DNA from: a virus
Length of the DNA stretch: 64,000 nt
IMG/VR virus record: IMGVR_UViG_3300027801_002586
Coordinates: 1 to 64,000 of that record
Strand: one strand, 5' to 3'
A model generated the notes under the pieces. That model saw only the letters and a program-made list of their open reading frames with translations. It was not told the DNA's origin and ran no database searches. The translations under genes and the position numbers were made by a program. Of this stretch, positions 9,688 through 19,189 are shown one piece after another (position 1 is the first letter of the stretch; every line of letters starts with the position of its first letter).

Positions 9688-10276
9688 TGATGACATATTA
9701 ATAGTATGTGCACTTAAAATTGAGACCCAAGGACAATTAGATAAGTACAAAACATTATATACAGGTGTAGGTAAAGTTAATGCAACATATGAGTTAGTGA
9801 AGTATTTGAATACTCATGTTGCAAGAGCAAAACCAAAACTTATAATTAATTATGGAACAGCAGGTTCTCGTAAGATTAAGAAGAAAACATTAGTTGATTG
9901 TACGAAGTTTGTACAGAGAGATATGGATGTTACTGGTCTTGGTTTTATGAGAGGTGAAACACCATTCGAAGATGACCCACCATTAATGTTAGACTTCGGT
10001 ATAACACCATTTAATACAATAGGTAGAAGAGCAACTTGTGGTAGTGGTGATTCTTTTGTAGAAGATAGAACACAATATTATGGTGAAGTTGTAGATATGG
10101 AAGCATATGCATTAGCAAAGGTTTGTTATAAAGAAAAAATTCCATTTGTTTCATTTAAGTATATCACAGATGGTGCCGATGAACAAGCACACGAGGATTG
10201 GGAAGCAAACTTAGCAGATGGTATTGTAGAATTTAAAAATCAGATATTAGTTAATATCCCACTTCTTTTTGGATAA
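9659..10276 (+). CDS. mtnN: MTA/SAH nucleosidase (PNP/UDP family)
   Basis: TGVGKVNA, NYGTAG, SGDSF, VDMEAYALA, KYITD. Confidence 0.85.
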   Translation: MAMDLNGISSDDILIVCALKIETQGQLDKYKTLYTGVGKVNATYELVKYLNTHVARAKPKLIINYGTAGSRKIKKKTLVDCTKFVQRDMDVTGLGFMRGETPFEDDPPLMLDFGITPFNTIGRRATCGSGDSFVEDRTQYYGEVVDMEAYALAKVCYKEKIPFVSFKYITDGADEQAHEDWEANLADGIVEFKNQILVNIPLLFG

Positions 10277-10977
10277 TGAGTAAGGTGTCAATATTAAAAG
10301 GAAAAAATGTTTTAATAACTGGCGCCAATGGTGGACTTGGTAGAGAATTTTGTAAACAACTCATCGGGGAAAATATAAATTTATTTATAACGGCCCCACG
10401 TAAATCGGAACTACTTTTATTACAGAAAGAGTTATTAGAAAATGGTATGGAATGTAAGGTAAAAGTTGCAGATTTTAATGATGGTATAGAACCTTTGAGA
10501 GAATATTTTGATAGTGTAGATATATTAATTAATTGTGCTGGAGTTTATATCGAGGATAGTTTGGAAAATTTAACTATTGATGATTACGATACACTTTACA
10601 ATGTTAATGTTAAAGCATTATTTACATTAATTAAAGAAGTTTCGGTGAATATGAAAAATAATAGATGGGGTAGGATAATAAACATTGGTTCTAATTCAGC
10701 ATATATTGGAACAAAAAATAATTCATTATATTGTTCTACTAAGCATGCAGTACTTGGACTTTCAAGGGCAGTACATCAAGAATTAAAACATTATAATATT
10801 AAAACTTTTTGCTTTTCTCCTGGTGGATTACAAACTAATATGGGTAAAAAAATCAACCCCGTGGAATATCCATTGTTTATTGAACCAAGTGAATTGGTTC
10901 AGTATATACTCCACACAATCCAATATGATGGACCTATGGTAATTGATGAGTCTAAAGTAAATAGAATGGGTGTATAG
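10276..10977 (+). CDS. Short-chain dehydrogenase/reductase
   Basis: TGANGGLG, NCAG, YCSTK. Confidence 0.9.
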   Translation: MSKVSILKGKNVLITGANGGLGREFCKQLIGENINLFITAPRKSELLLLQKELLENGMECKVKVADFNDGIEPLREYFDSVDILINCAGVYIEDSLENLTIDDYDTLYNVNVKALFTLIKEVSVNMKNNRWGRIINIGSNSAYIGTKNNSLYCSTKHAVLGLSRAVHQELKHYNIKTFCFSPGGLQTNMGKKINPVEYPLFIEPSELVQYILHTIQYDGPMVIDESKVNRMGV

Positions 10978-10995
10978 TGGAGAAAATATTAAAAG

Positions 10996-12708
10996 GTGCA
11001 TAAACAGGCAAAACTTAAAAAGAAAATAGTTGGGAATGAGTACCCACCACCAGAGTGGGGAGCATCACCAATCTATGAATTAAAAGCTTACATCATCACA
11101 ATTAAGGATAATAAACTTAGTGAAGAAAGTGCTCAACGGACATTAAAGAGTGCGTTAGAACGAGGTTTAGATGCCGAGATATATTATGGTGTTGATAAAT
11201 ATTCTTCTATGATTGAACTTGAGACTAATGGTTTAGTAATTGATAACACCGATGGAGTATTTACAAACTATGGTTATGTAGATGCTGCTGTAGGATGTTT
11301 TCTCTCACATTATAAATTATGGGAAAAGTCAGCACACACTGGGGAAAGATTCCTTATACTTGAACACGATGTAAAATTTACTGATGATGTAGTGGATTTT
11401 GAAATGTATGGTGGTGTATTAAATATTGGTAAACCACGTTGGGGTACTACATATAAGCAATGGTGGTCAACCGATGGATGTTATCAACGAGATTGTAGAG
11501 TTATAAAACACTCATTCATCGATGAATATAAACATTGTAATTGTGATGAATATTTTCTACATGGAGCACACGCATATATCATAACCCCCGATGATGCTAA
11601 TAAATTAGTTAACCACGCAAAAGCAAATGGTATCGTACCAGCTGATAATTTCATCAATAGAGATGTAGTTAATATTGCGGATGCAATTCCATTTTGTTGT
11701 GAACAAGTAACCACATTTAGTACTATACAAAATTTACATCCTATTCACGGATTTAAAAATGGTTCAGTTATAACAGGTGATGAAGCTTGGGTTAAAGTAG
11801 GTGAGGAAATTCCTGCTGGTACTATAAAGGTAAAAGAGAACAAGAAGGGTACTAAGGTTATGGTGTTCCTTGCTGATGAATCACATATTGAAAATATAAA
11901 ACCTTTAATTATAAATGCAAAAGAAGATGGAAACTGGGATGGAGATTTTTGTGTAATTGTACCACACGGAACTAATACCGATATATTAGATAAAGATTTA
12001 ATAAAGGTTTTTGAAGCACCAGAATTAATTGATACACCCACACACTTCTCAAAGTTATTTTTATTTAATGCATTTTTTACACAATGGGATTGGCTATTTT
12101 ATTGTGATATGGATATTTGGTTTACAAATCCAATTGATTTGGATTTAGAGAATAGATATAAAAATACATTATATGCTAATACTGATAGGTTACCATTTAT
12201 AGAACACTTCTATGGACAACAAGGTAAAGGAGATAAGGATAAAAAGATTTATACATTATCAGATGCACAGAAACAATCTATAGATAAAATTAAGCTTGAG
12301 GCTAAAGAGAATGATATTGAAACTGGCTTTCAAACTTGTTTTATGTTATGGCATAGTGATATGAATCCGAGATATGATACTATTATATGGGAAAACTATT
12401 TTAAGTATTATGTGTATTCACAAGTATGTAGGGAGAGAATGTGGGACCAGTCTTTATTTAATTTAACCTTTATGCAAAGTTGGGATACACTCAATGTATC
12501 TTATAAGTGTTCATTTGACCAAAGTACTGCAGTGATGGAAGTTGATTGGGATATTGATAAGTTACGGAATGGTTATTATGATGGTACGACCGTAGATGGT
12601 GCTACTGCAATCCACTTTACAAGTTACTTCCCGCCGTGGAAAAAATACAATAGAAGATACTATAGAAAATGGGATGATTATTATAATAGGGTTGGATATG
12701 AGATATAA
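10996..12708 (+). CDS. Two-domain glycosyltransferase (GT25-like + GT8-like)
   Basis: GCFLSHYKLW..ILEHD..GAHAYIIT (GT25); YCDMD..DQSLFN..IHF..PW (GT8). Confidence 0.8.
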   Translation: MHKQAKLKKKIVGNEYPPPEWGASPIYELKAYIITIKDNKLSEESAQRTLKSALERGLDAEIYYGVDKYSSMIELETNGLVIDNTDGVFTNYGYVDAAVGCFLSHYKLWEKSAHTGERFLILEHDVKFTDDVVDFEMYGGVLNIGKPRWGTTYKQWWSTDGCYQRDCRVIKHSFIDEYKHCNCDEYFLHGAHAYIITPDDANKLVNHAKANGIVPADNFINRDVVNIADAIPFCCEQVTTFSTIQNLHPIHGFKNGSVITGDEAWVKVGEEIPAGTIKVKENKKGTKVMVFLADESHIENIKPLIINAKEDGNWDGDFCVIVPHGTNTDILDKDLIKVFEAPELIDTPTHFSKLFLFNAFFTQWDWLFYCDMDIWFTNPIDLDLENRYKNTLYANTDRLPFIEHFYGQQGKGDKDKKIYTLSDAQKQSIDKIKLEAKENDIETGFQTCFMLWHSDMNPRYDTIIWENYFKYYVYSQVCRERMWDQSLFNLTFMQSWDTLNVSYKCSFDQSTAVMEVDWDIDKLRNGYYDGTTVDGATAIHFTSYFPPWKKYNRRYYRKWDDYYNRVGYEI

Positions 12709-13495
12709 GAAATTTATATTCAATGATGAATGTATTATGGATAATCTAAATGATACAATGATATTCCCATTCCAAGATGAGTATCTTGATTATCAAGATT
12801 GGATATTAAATAATCCAAATGATTACACGATGTTAATATCAAATACACAAGGTGATTCTAAGTGGCAAGGTTTGTTAGAAGAGGTACACGAAGTACGAAA
12901 AAATATATACCATAGAAAACTATACTATAAAGATTATACACTATGGGTTGAGTCCGAAGTTAAGTTATTACCTAATCAAGATTATCAAACGCATGGAGAA
13001 CAAACTACATATTATACATCAGGTAGAATATTATCTAAGGAGTACTTTAGACAAGGTGTGAAGATGGGTGAGTATTTCTCATATTCTGATATAGATAATT
13101 CATTACCTACGATACATGGGTTCTACGATACTAATAAAAAAGTTGGTGAGTGGGAGTATTACTTTGCCAATTCCGATATAGTTAAAGTAATCGAGAAATA
13201 TAGTGTAGCTGGTATATTAACGCAGATGATAGAATACGACATATCAGGTAAAGAAATAAAGATAAGTAATTATAAAGATAGTAAGTTAAATGGTATATTC
13301 AGAGACTCACATAACAATGGTGAATTAAGATGTAGGGGAAATATGAGAAAAGGATTGATGGATGGGCTGTGGTCATTTTATTATAGAGATAGTGCACCAG
13401 AGTATCAGATAAAATTTGATAACGGAATCCCGATTGGTAGCTTAAAATACTTTGCTATGGATGGAAAATTAAATTGGGAGAAAGAAGTAATATGA
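12698..13495 (+). CDS. MORN-variant repeat (YwqK-like) protein
   Basis: Repeated G.W.YY..G / GE...Y units. Confidence 0.7.
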   Translation: MRYKKFIFNDECIMDNLNDTMIFPFQDEYLDYQDWILNNPNDYTMLISNTQGDSKWQGLLEEVHEVRKNIYHRKLYYKDYTLWVESEVKLLPNQDYQTHGEQTTYYTSGRILSKEYFRQGVKMGEYFSYSDIDNSLPTIHGFYDTNKKVGEWEYYFANSDIVKVIEKYSVAGILTQMIEYDISGKEIKISNYKDSKLNGIFRDSHNNGELRCRGNMRKGLMDGLWSFYYRDSAPEYQIKFDNGIPIGSLKYFAMDGKLNWEKEVI

Positions 13496-14391
13496 TTACA
13501 TTTATAATACCATTTTGTTCTATAGATGAAACTACACATTTAAATATACCAAACACTTGGAAGGACAACAATTGGTTTACTATGGTATCCACTACTCTAA
13601 AAATAATTAAAAATATAAATGAACATCATATGGATAGAGAAATAATACTTGTAGATAATTCTCATAACTGGCCTAATATAGGAATCCCAAGAGTACGAGT
13701 TATTCCGGGTTGGCAAGCATACAATAAAGAGAATTTGATACATGATAGTAAATTTAAAGCTCATAATGATATAATCGATGTACATCAGCTAGATTGGCAA
13801 AATGATACTATGTGGGCATCACTTGGTTTCCACAAAGCTATTCAAGAAGCAAAAGGTGATTACATTATATTACAACATAATGATTTCTTTTATATGGATA
13901 CTAAAGCCATTCCTAATATGATAGAAGATTTAGAAAATGATAATTTAGAATATATTTCAGTTGATAATAAAAAGGTATCACTATTAACCTATATGATTAA
14001 TCAAGAGTTATTTGATAAATATATTGATGTTAAAAAGTTCTCACCACAATTTGGTGGTATGTTAGAAACAAAGATGATTGGATTATCAGATGCATATTTC
14101 TTCTTATGTAGGAAAAAGTTTTTTGATAACTATGATGTTGATTGGAAATATGGGGATAGTAATCACGGAGCTACAATTTATTGTTTAGAAAATAAGTTAA
14201 ACTATTTACACCTTGGCCCTTATTATGATAATCCAAGTTATCAAACACAAGACCAGAAAAATGGATACAATACATATTATTATGCTGGTAAACCATTTGG
14301 TGGACATTTAAAGGGTGGGTTTTCTGAAAACAAATTAGCCGATAGTACTTATGCTAAGTTATTTCACAAGGGTGTAAATGAATATTCCTAA
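13492..14391 (+). CDS. GT-A fold (GT2-like) glycosyltransferase
   Basis: ITFIIP, EIILVDNS, AKGDYIILQHND. Confidence 0.7.
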   Translation: MITFIIPFCSIDETTHLNIPNTWKDNNWFTMVSTTLKIIKNINEHHMDREIILVDNSHNWPNIGIPRVRVIPGWQAYNKENLIHDSKFKAHNDIIDVHQLDWQNDTMWASLGFHKAIQEAKGDYIILQHNDFFYMDTKAIPNMIEDLENDNLEYISVDNKKVSLLTYMINQELFDKYIDVKKFSPQFGGMLETKMIGLSDAYFFLCRKKFFDNYDVDWKYGDSNHGATIYCLENKLNYLHLGPYYDNPSYQTQDQKNGYNTYYYAGKPFGGHLKGGFSENKLADSTYAKLFHKGVNEYS

Positions 14392-14905
14392 GTTAGATAT
14401 ACTTCTTGATGCTGAAAAATATTGGTACAACCGCGGAGATAATTATGGTATATTATGTTCAGTACATTTAGATTCAGATGGTGGTGTTGTAGATTTCAAT
14501 ACTAATATAAATCCAACATCAGATTCATTTATTGATAATTTATTTAAATATATAGAGCAAAGAGATACCAAAAGATTAATAACAATAACAAGAACAAGTA
14601 GAGAAGTTGGTAATGAAACAGATTGTCCACCACTATCCACGTTAGAACTAATAGAGTTTAAGTGTAAGGATATTGGTATGTTCTATTATAACTTTATACA
14701 AAATCCATTTCCAGATGGGATTCCAAAGTTTGAGTTATCTACTGATAACTTTATTTTAAGATTTAGTTACGATAATGATTCCCCAATTGATAGGTTAGCA
14801 GTTACTAAAGATATATGTGATAGTACAGAACCTATAACCGATATAGCAATTGTGATGTGTACAAAAAAGGATAATGTGATATTAGAATGTCAAAGAAAAC
14901 TATAG
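14378..14905 (+). CDS. Hypothetical protein
   Basis: ORF overlapping neighbours in operon. Confidence 0.55.
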   Translation: MNIPKLDILLDAEKYWYNRGDNYGILCSVHLDSDGGVVDFNTNINPTSDSFIDNLFKYIEQRDTKRLITITRTSREVGNETDCPPLSTLELIEFKCKDIGMFYYNFIQNPFPDGIPKFELSTDNFILRFSYDNDSPIDRLAVTKDICDSTEPITDIAIVMCTKKDNVILECQRKL

Positions 14906-15108
14906 ACGATAAGTTTCTAAATCTAAAAGTAATTGGGAATTTGATACAAGTTATTTGTTATACAGAATCTCAACAACAACGTGTTATTGATAGACTGGTT
15001 AAACCTGGCAATTGTGTGTTTGAAGGATACGAGGTTTGGGAAGGTGAAACCGTCATACTTACATTTAGATTATTAGACTATGATGATATGAAACCTACAA
15101 CCAATTAA
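14887..15108 (+). CDS. Hypothetical protein
   Basis: ORF coupled to next gene (TAATG). Confidence 0.55.
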   Translation: MSKKTIDDKFLNLKVIGNLIQVICYTESQQQRVIDRLVKPGNCVFEGYEVWEGETVILTFRLLDYDDMKPTTN

Positions 15109-15665
15109 TGTTTATCAATCACACACATAAGTTTATCTTTATTCATATACCAAAGAATGGTGGTACGAGTATTCGCAATTCATTTGATATTAATGGTTAT
15201 GATAAGAGAGTAGTTAGAAAGAAATATCCCCACGATGGTGCAATGGAGATACGAGATTATTGCGGAGATGAAGTTTGGAATACATTTTATAAGTTTGCAG
15301 TCATTCGTAATCCATACGATAGATTAGTTAGTTATTATCACTTTCATAAATCACCACAATATAGATATCCAGCAAGAGCACAAGAGTTAAGTTTTAAAGA
15401 ATGGGTGATGACAGGATTGGATGATAATATAAAGAGAACACAATTCAATTACTTAGCAATGAGACCAGATTATACTATTAGATTTGAAAAACTTCAAGAT
15501 GGTTTTGATAAGGTATGTACTAACATTGGTATTGAATCATATGAGTTACCACACTATAATAAATCAGAGCACGAACCATTCGAAAGTTATTATGATGATG
15601 AATTAAAAGATATTGTATATGGGATGTTTTTGGTTGATTTCCAAAGATTCGGGTACGCTCGCTAG
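15108..15665 (+). CDS. Sulfotransferase family 2 protein
   Basis: FIHIPKNGGTSI (5'-PSB) and RNPYDRLVSYY (3'-PB). Confidence 0.9.
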   Translation: MFINHTHKFIFIHIPKNGGTSIRNSFDINGYDKRVVRKKYPHDGAMEIRDYCGDEVWNTFYKFAVIRNPYDRLVSYYHFHKSPQYRYPARAQELSFKEWVMTGLDDNIKRTQFNYLAMRPDYTIRFEKLQDGFDKVCTNIGIESYELPHYNKSEHEPFESYYDDELKDIVYGMFLVDFQRFGYAR

Positions 15666-15739
15666 TTTCAATCTGTATATAGTTTTGCCTTTTGTGCTAC
15701 CTACCCATAGTAATATATATAAATAAATGAAAAAAAACC

Positions 15740-15769
15740 TTGACTTATATTATATTTATTTCGTATATT
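15740..15769 (+). promoter_or_regulatory. Early promoter P3
   Basis: TTGACT-18-TATATT, ATG 6 nt downstream. Confidence 0.7.
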
Positions 15770-15775
15770 GCTTAT

Positions 15776-16300
15776 ATGAATGAGTGTAAAAAATGTAATG
15801 TTCGTATGGATAATCAGAGAATCCATCTTGGATATACCGAATGTTTAGATTGTAGTGAGGTTGAGGCTTATTCAGCTCACCAAGTATATCCACATAAAAC
15901 AGGTGGTTATGTTCAACCAGTATCTTCACATAAAAAGAAACACTTAGATTCTATTGATAGAAGAAGTAGAAGTGGTAGTAGAACTGCCAAAGGTATTTAT
16001 GCTGATAATAGTTGGGATAGGTGGTTAGAGAAATACTGGCACGATTTATATAATCCAAAACCTAAATCAGATTTCAAACCAAAAAAGGTTCTATTTAACC
16101 ATCAATCTATTACTAAAGTATTACCTATGATTATGGGAGAATATTGGAAATTTGGTTATGATAGAGCAATTGAATTAACCAATACTTATTATAAAAGAGA
16201 TAAGATAACTCTAAATACTAAGTGTACTATTGTATCCCAATTAACCGCATTACAATCACTTAATTCTAAACAACGAAAAATAATTAAAAAAAACACTTGA
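15776..16300 (+). CDS. Hypothetical protein with N-terminal CxxC...CxxC zinc finger
   Basis: CKKC...CLDC; probable leaderless start. Confidence 0.65.
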   Translation: MNECKKCNVRMDNQRIHLGYTECLDCSEVEAYSAHQVYPHKTGGYVQPVSSHKKKHLDSIDRRSRSGSRTAKGIYADNSWDRWLEKYWHDLYNPKPKSDFKPKKVLFNHQSITKVLPMIMGEYWKFGYDRAIELTNTYYKRDKITLNTKCTIVSQLTALQSLNSKQRKIIKKNT

Positions 16301-16445
16301 CTCGTATTGGCTTTTATCACTATATTATAGTATATGAGAAGAGTACTTTATTTAGGTTTTGTGATTCTGGTTGGTTTAACTAATCTAATTAATTTAAAAA
16401 AAGTGAAAAAAACACTTGACTTGTATAGGCAAAAAGCCTTATATT
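16297..16445 (+). promoter_or_regulatory. Tandem early promoters P4 (16297-16326) and P5 (16416-16445)
   Basis: Two TTGACT-18-TATATT units. Confidence 0.8.
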
Positions 16446-16470
16446 ATAGTATAAGAAAAAGGGAAATAAC

Positions 16471-18663
16471 TTGAAAGATAAACAATTTAAACACTTTAAT
16501 CCAATGGCTCTCAGAGAGAAATACTCTGCTGGGTCTAAAAAACAATCGAATCCGTTCTCTTCGTTTTGGGCTGATAATTCATGGGATACTCGTAGAAGTT
16601 CTTTTATCGATGAACTTGAAGAAGCTCCTAAAGGTAGAAAACCAGTTGACCACGTTAAACTTGCTTCTTATAGAAGAGCCATCGCTAACTTCGTAACTAT
16701 CGTAACGAATCGTTCTGATATTCCAGTCCAATTTCAAAGTAATGATAGTTCTTATACTGATGGTAAGAAAGTTATGATTGGTTCTAAGATTGATGAGAAA
16801 AACTTTGACCCCGTAGTTGGTTTGGCTTTACACGAGGGTTCACATATTAAACTTTCTGATTTTGATTTTTTGAGAAATCTTGAGAATAACATTCCACAAG
16901 AAACTTTTATTCGTGCTGAGAAAGTTGGTATTGATAAGTGGACGGTTCTTACTCACATGAAAAATTTATTAAACTATGTGGAAGATAGAAGAATTGACCA
17001 CTATATTTTTTCAAACTCACCAGGTTATAAAGGTTACTATCATTCAATGTATGAGAAATATTTTCATTCAAAGATTATTGATAAAGCTCTTCAAACTGAT
17101 GAGTTCACTTCTATAGATTGGGATTCATACATTTTCAGAATCTTAAATTTAACTAACAAGAATCGTAACTTAAATGCTCTACCAGGTTTGAAAGAAATCT
17201 TTAATATGGTTTTTATCGCTGGTGGTGGTGTTAAAAGAATGAAATCTACTGAACATTGTTTTATTACTGCTAGTGGAATTTATGATGTGATTCTTAATAA
17301 CTTACCTGAACTTAAAATGGATAAAGATGGTAACATCGAAAAACCACAAGATATGAAAGGTAATGATTCTGCTGGAGAAGGTGAAGGTACAGGTTCACCA
17401 AGTGAAGGTGGAGAATCTCCTGATGATAGTATGAGTGATGAAGAATTTGATTCTATGATAGATGGTGTTGAAAATGGTGAAGGAAATGTTACTCCTGGTT
17501 CAGGTAGTGGTACGGGTAAAGAAGTTAAGTTATCTGAAAAACAGATGAAACAATTAGAAAATGCTATTCAGAAACAAAAAGATTTTGTAAATGGAGAAAC
17601 TAAAAAAGTTGGTAAGTTAACCAAGAAAGATTCTGCTAGTGTAAAAGCTATGGAAGAAGCTGGTGTGGAGAAAATTCAGGCTGGTGAATCAATGACAACC
17701 GAAGAATGGAATTATGATACACAAGAGTATGATACAATTCCAGGCAAGGGTGTTGGAGTTATCTATGTTAAGAAACTAACTCAAACGATGATTGATGAAA
17801 ATCTTTTTCCAAGTATTCTTCGTCGTAAAAGTTCTTACTATTATAATTCGGATAGAGATTCCGAGATAATGAGTCAAGGTATTTCACTTGGAACTAAACT
17901 TGGACGTAAGTTACAGATTCGTGGAGAATCAAGAGATTTAAAATCTACAAGATTAGATAGTGGTAGAATTGATAAGAGATTAATTTCTGAACTTGGGTTT
18001 GGTAATGAGAGAGTTTTTCAAACTACGTTTACCGAAAGTTATTCAGATGCTTTCTTACATATCTCGGTTGATGCTAGTGGTTCTATGGGTGGAGAAAAAT
18101 GGAGACAGACTATGATTTCTACCATTGCTATTTGTAAGGCTGTTGATATGATTCAAAATGTTGATGTGATGGTTTCTTTTAGAAGTACTCACGAAGGTGG
18201 TCACAGAAGAAATAGAGATATGAGTTCACCATTAATCTTGATTGGTTATGATTCAAGAGTTGACAAGTTTTCAAAAGTGAAAAAAATGTTTCCATGTATT
18301 TATCCTGGTGGAACTACTCCAGAAGGATTATGTTTTGAAGCTATTCTAAAAGATATTGTTCCTACTACTAATAATAGAGAATCTTATTTTTTGAATCTTT
18401 CAGATGGGATGCCAATGTTTAGTAATAATGATGTTGATTATTATAATAAAACGGCAATAAACCACACTAAGAAAATGGTTGATGAGATTCGTAAACAAGG
18501 TATCAAAGTTATGAGTTATTTTGTTAGTGATACAAACTACGATAGGTCAGAGAATCTTAGAGATTTCAAAAGAATGTATGGTAAAGATGCCGAGATGATA
18601 GATTTGAGCTCAGTACTTCAAATTTCAAAAACAATGAACAAAAAATTCTTGGAGAAAAATTAA
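16471..18663 (+). CDS. VWA-domain protein with N-terminal HExxH metallopeptidase-like domain (CobT-like MoxR partner)
   Basis: LHEGSH, NYVEDRRI, Gly/acidic linker, MIDAS DASGSM...T...SDG. Confidence 0.85.
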   Translation: MKDKQFKHFNPMALREKYSAGSKKQSNPFSSFWADNSWDTRRSSFIDELEEAPKGRKPVDHVKLASYRRAIANFVTIVTNRSDIPVQFQSNDSSYTDGKKVMIGSKIDEKNFDPVVGLALHEGSHIKLSDFDFLRNLENNIPQETFIRAEKVGIDKWTVLTHMKNLLNYVEDRRIDHYIFSNSPGYKGYYHSMYEKYFHSKIIDKALQTDEFTSIDWDSYIFRILNLTNKNRNLNALPGLKEIFNMVFIAGGGVKRMKSTEHCFITASGIYDVILNNLPELKMDKDGNIEKPQDMKGNDSAGEGEGTGSPSEGGESPDDSMSDEEFDSMIDGVENGEGNVTPGSGSGTGKEVKLSEKQMKQLENAIQKQKDFVNGETKKVGKLTKKDSASVKAMEEAGVEKIQAGESMTTEEWNYDTQEYDTIPGKGVGVIYVKKLTQTMIDENLFPSILRRKSSYYYNSDRDSEIMSQGISLGTKLGRKLQIRGESRDLKSTRLDSGRIDKRLISELGFGNERVFQTTFTESYSDAFLHISVDASGSMGGEKWRQTMISTIAICKAVDMIQNVDVMVSFRSTHEGGHRRNRDMSSPLILIGYDSRVDKFSKVKKMFPCIYPGGTTPEGLCFEAILKDIVPTTNNRESYFLNLSDGMPMFSNNDVDYYNKTAINHTKKMVDEIRKQGIKVMSYFVSDTNYDRSENLRDFKRMYGKDAEMIDLSSVLQISKTMNKKFLEKN

Positions 18664-18902
18664 TGGGTCATAAAAAACCGCTAGTAGCTGCTAGAAGAAG
18701 AGAAGTGGCAGGAATGTTTTTCAAGTGGATATACAATAATTTAATTAATAAAAAAAATACTAAATGTATGTGTGGGTGGAATATGAAACCATTTGAAAAA
18801 TATACAGATAGACACCAATGGATATGTATATGGAAAAAATGTGGATGGGAAGCATTTGATAATAATGATGGTAAATTACATTGGTTTAAAACAAAAAAGT
18901 GA
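18663..18902 (+). CDS. Small Cys-containing hypothetical protein
   Basis: CMCG...CIWKKCG; TAATG coupling. Confidence 0.5.
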   Translation: MGHKKPLVAARRREVAGMFFKWIYNNLINKKNTKCMCGWNMKPFEKYTDRHQWICIWKKCGWEAFDNNDGKLHWFKTKK

Positions 18903-18911
18903 AAATAACAC

Positions 18912-19119
18912 TTGACTCGTATAGTAAAAAAGCCTTATATTGTCATATGACAACAGGGAGAAAAATTATGGATTGGAAATTAATAGGTTATAGGATTGCT
19001 GAGTTTGGTACGGCACTACTTATATTTGTATCATTTTATTTATGGATGATTATTGCTAATATTTAATTTAAAAAAAGTGAAGAAAACACTTGACTTGTAT
19101 AGGCAAAAAGCCTTATATT
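18912..19119 (+). promoter_or_regulatory. Tandem early promoters P6 (18912-18941) and P7 (19090-19119)
   Basis: Two TTGACT-18-TATATT units flanking a 32-aa hydrophobic ORF (18968-19066). Confidence 0.8.
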
Positions 19120-19189
19120 AAGGTATAAGAAATGGGAAAAAAATTAACAATTGAAAAATAAAGAAAACAAAAAAAAGGAAAAAACACAT

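Noticed and set aside
15651-15710. c-di-GMP-I riboswitch on minus strand
   Set aside because: GGTAGGTAGC and GGCAAA elements are in the wrong order, the tetraloop/receptor stems are missing and no downstream gene exists
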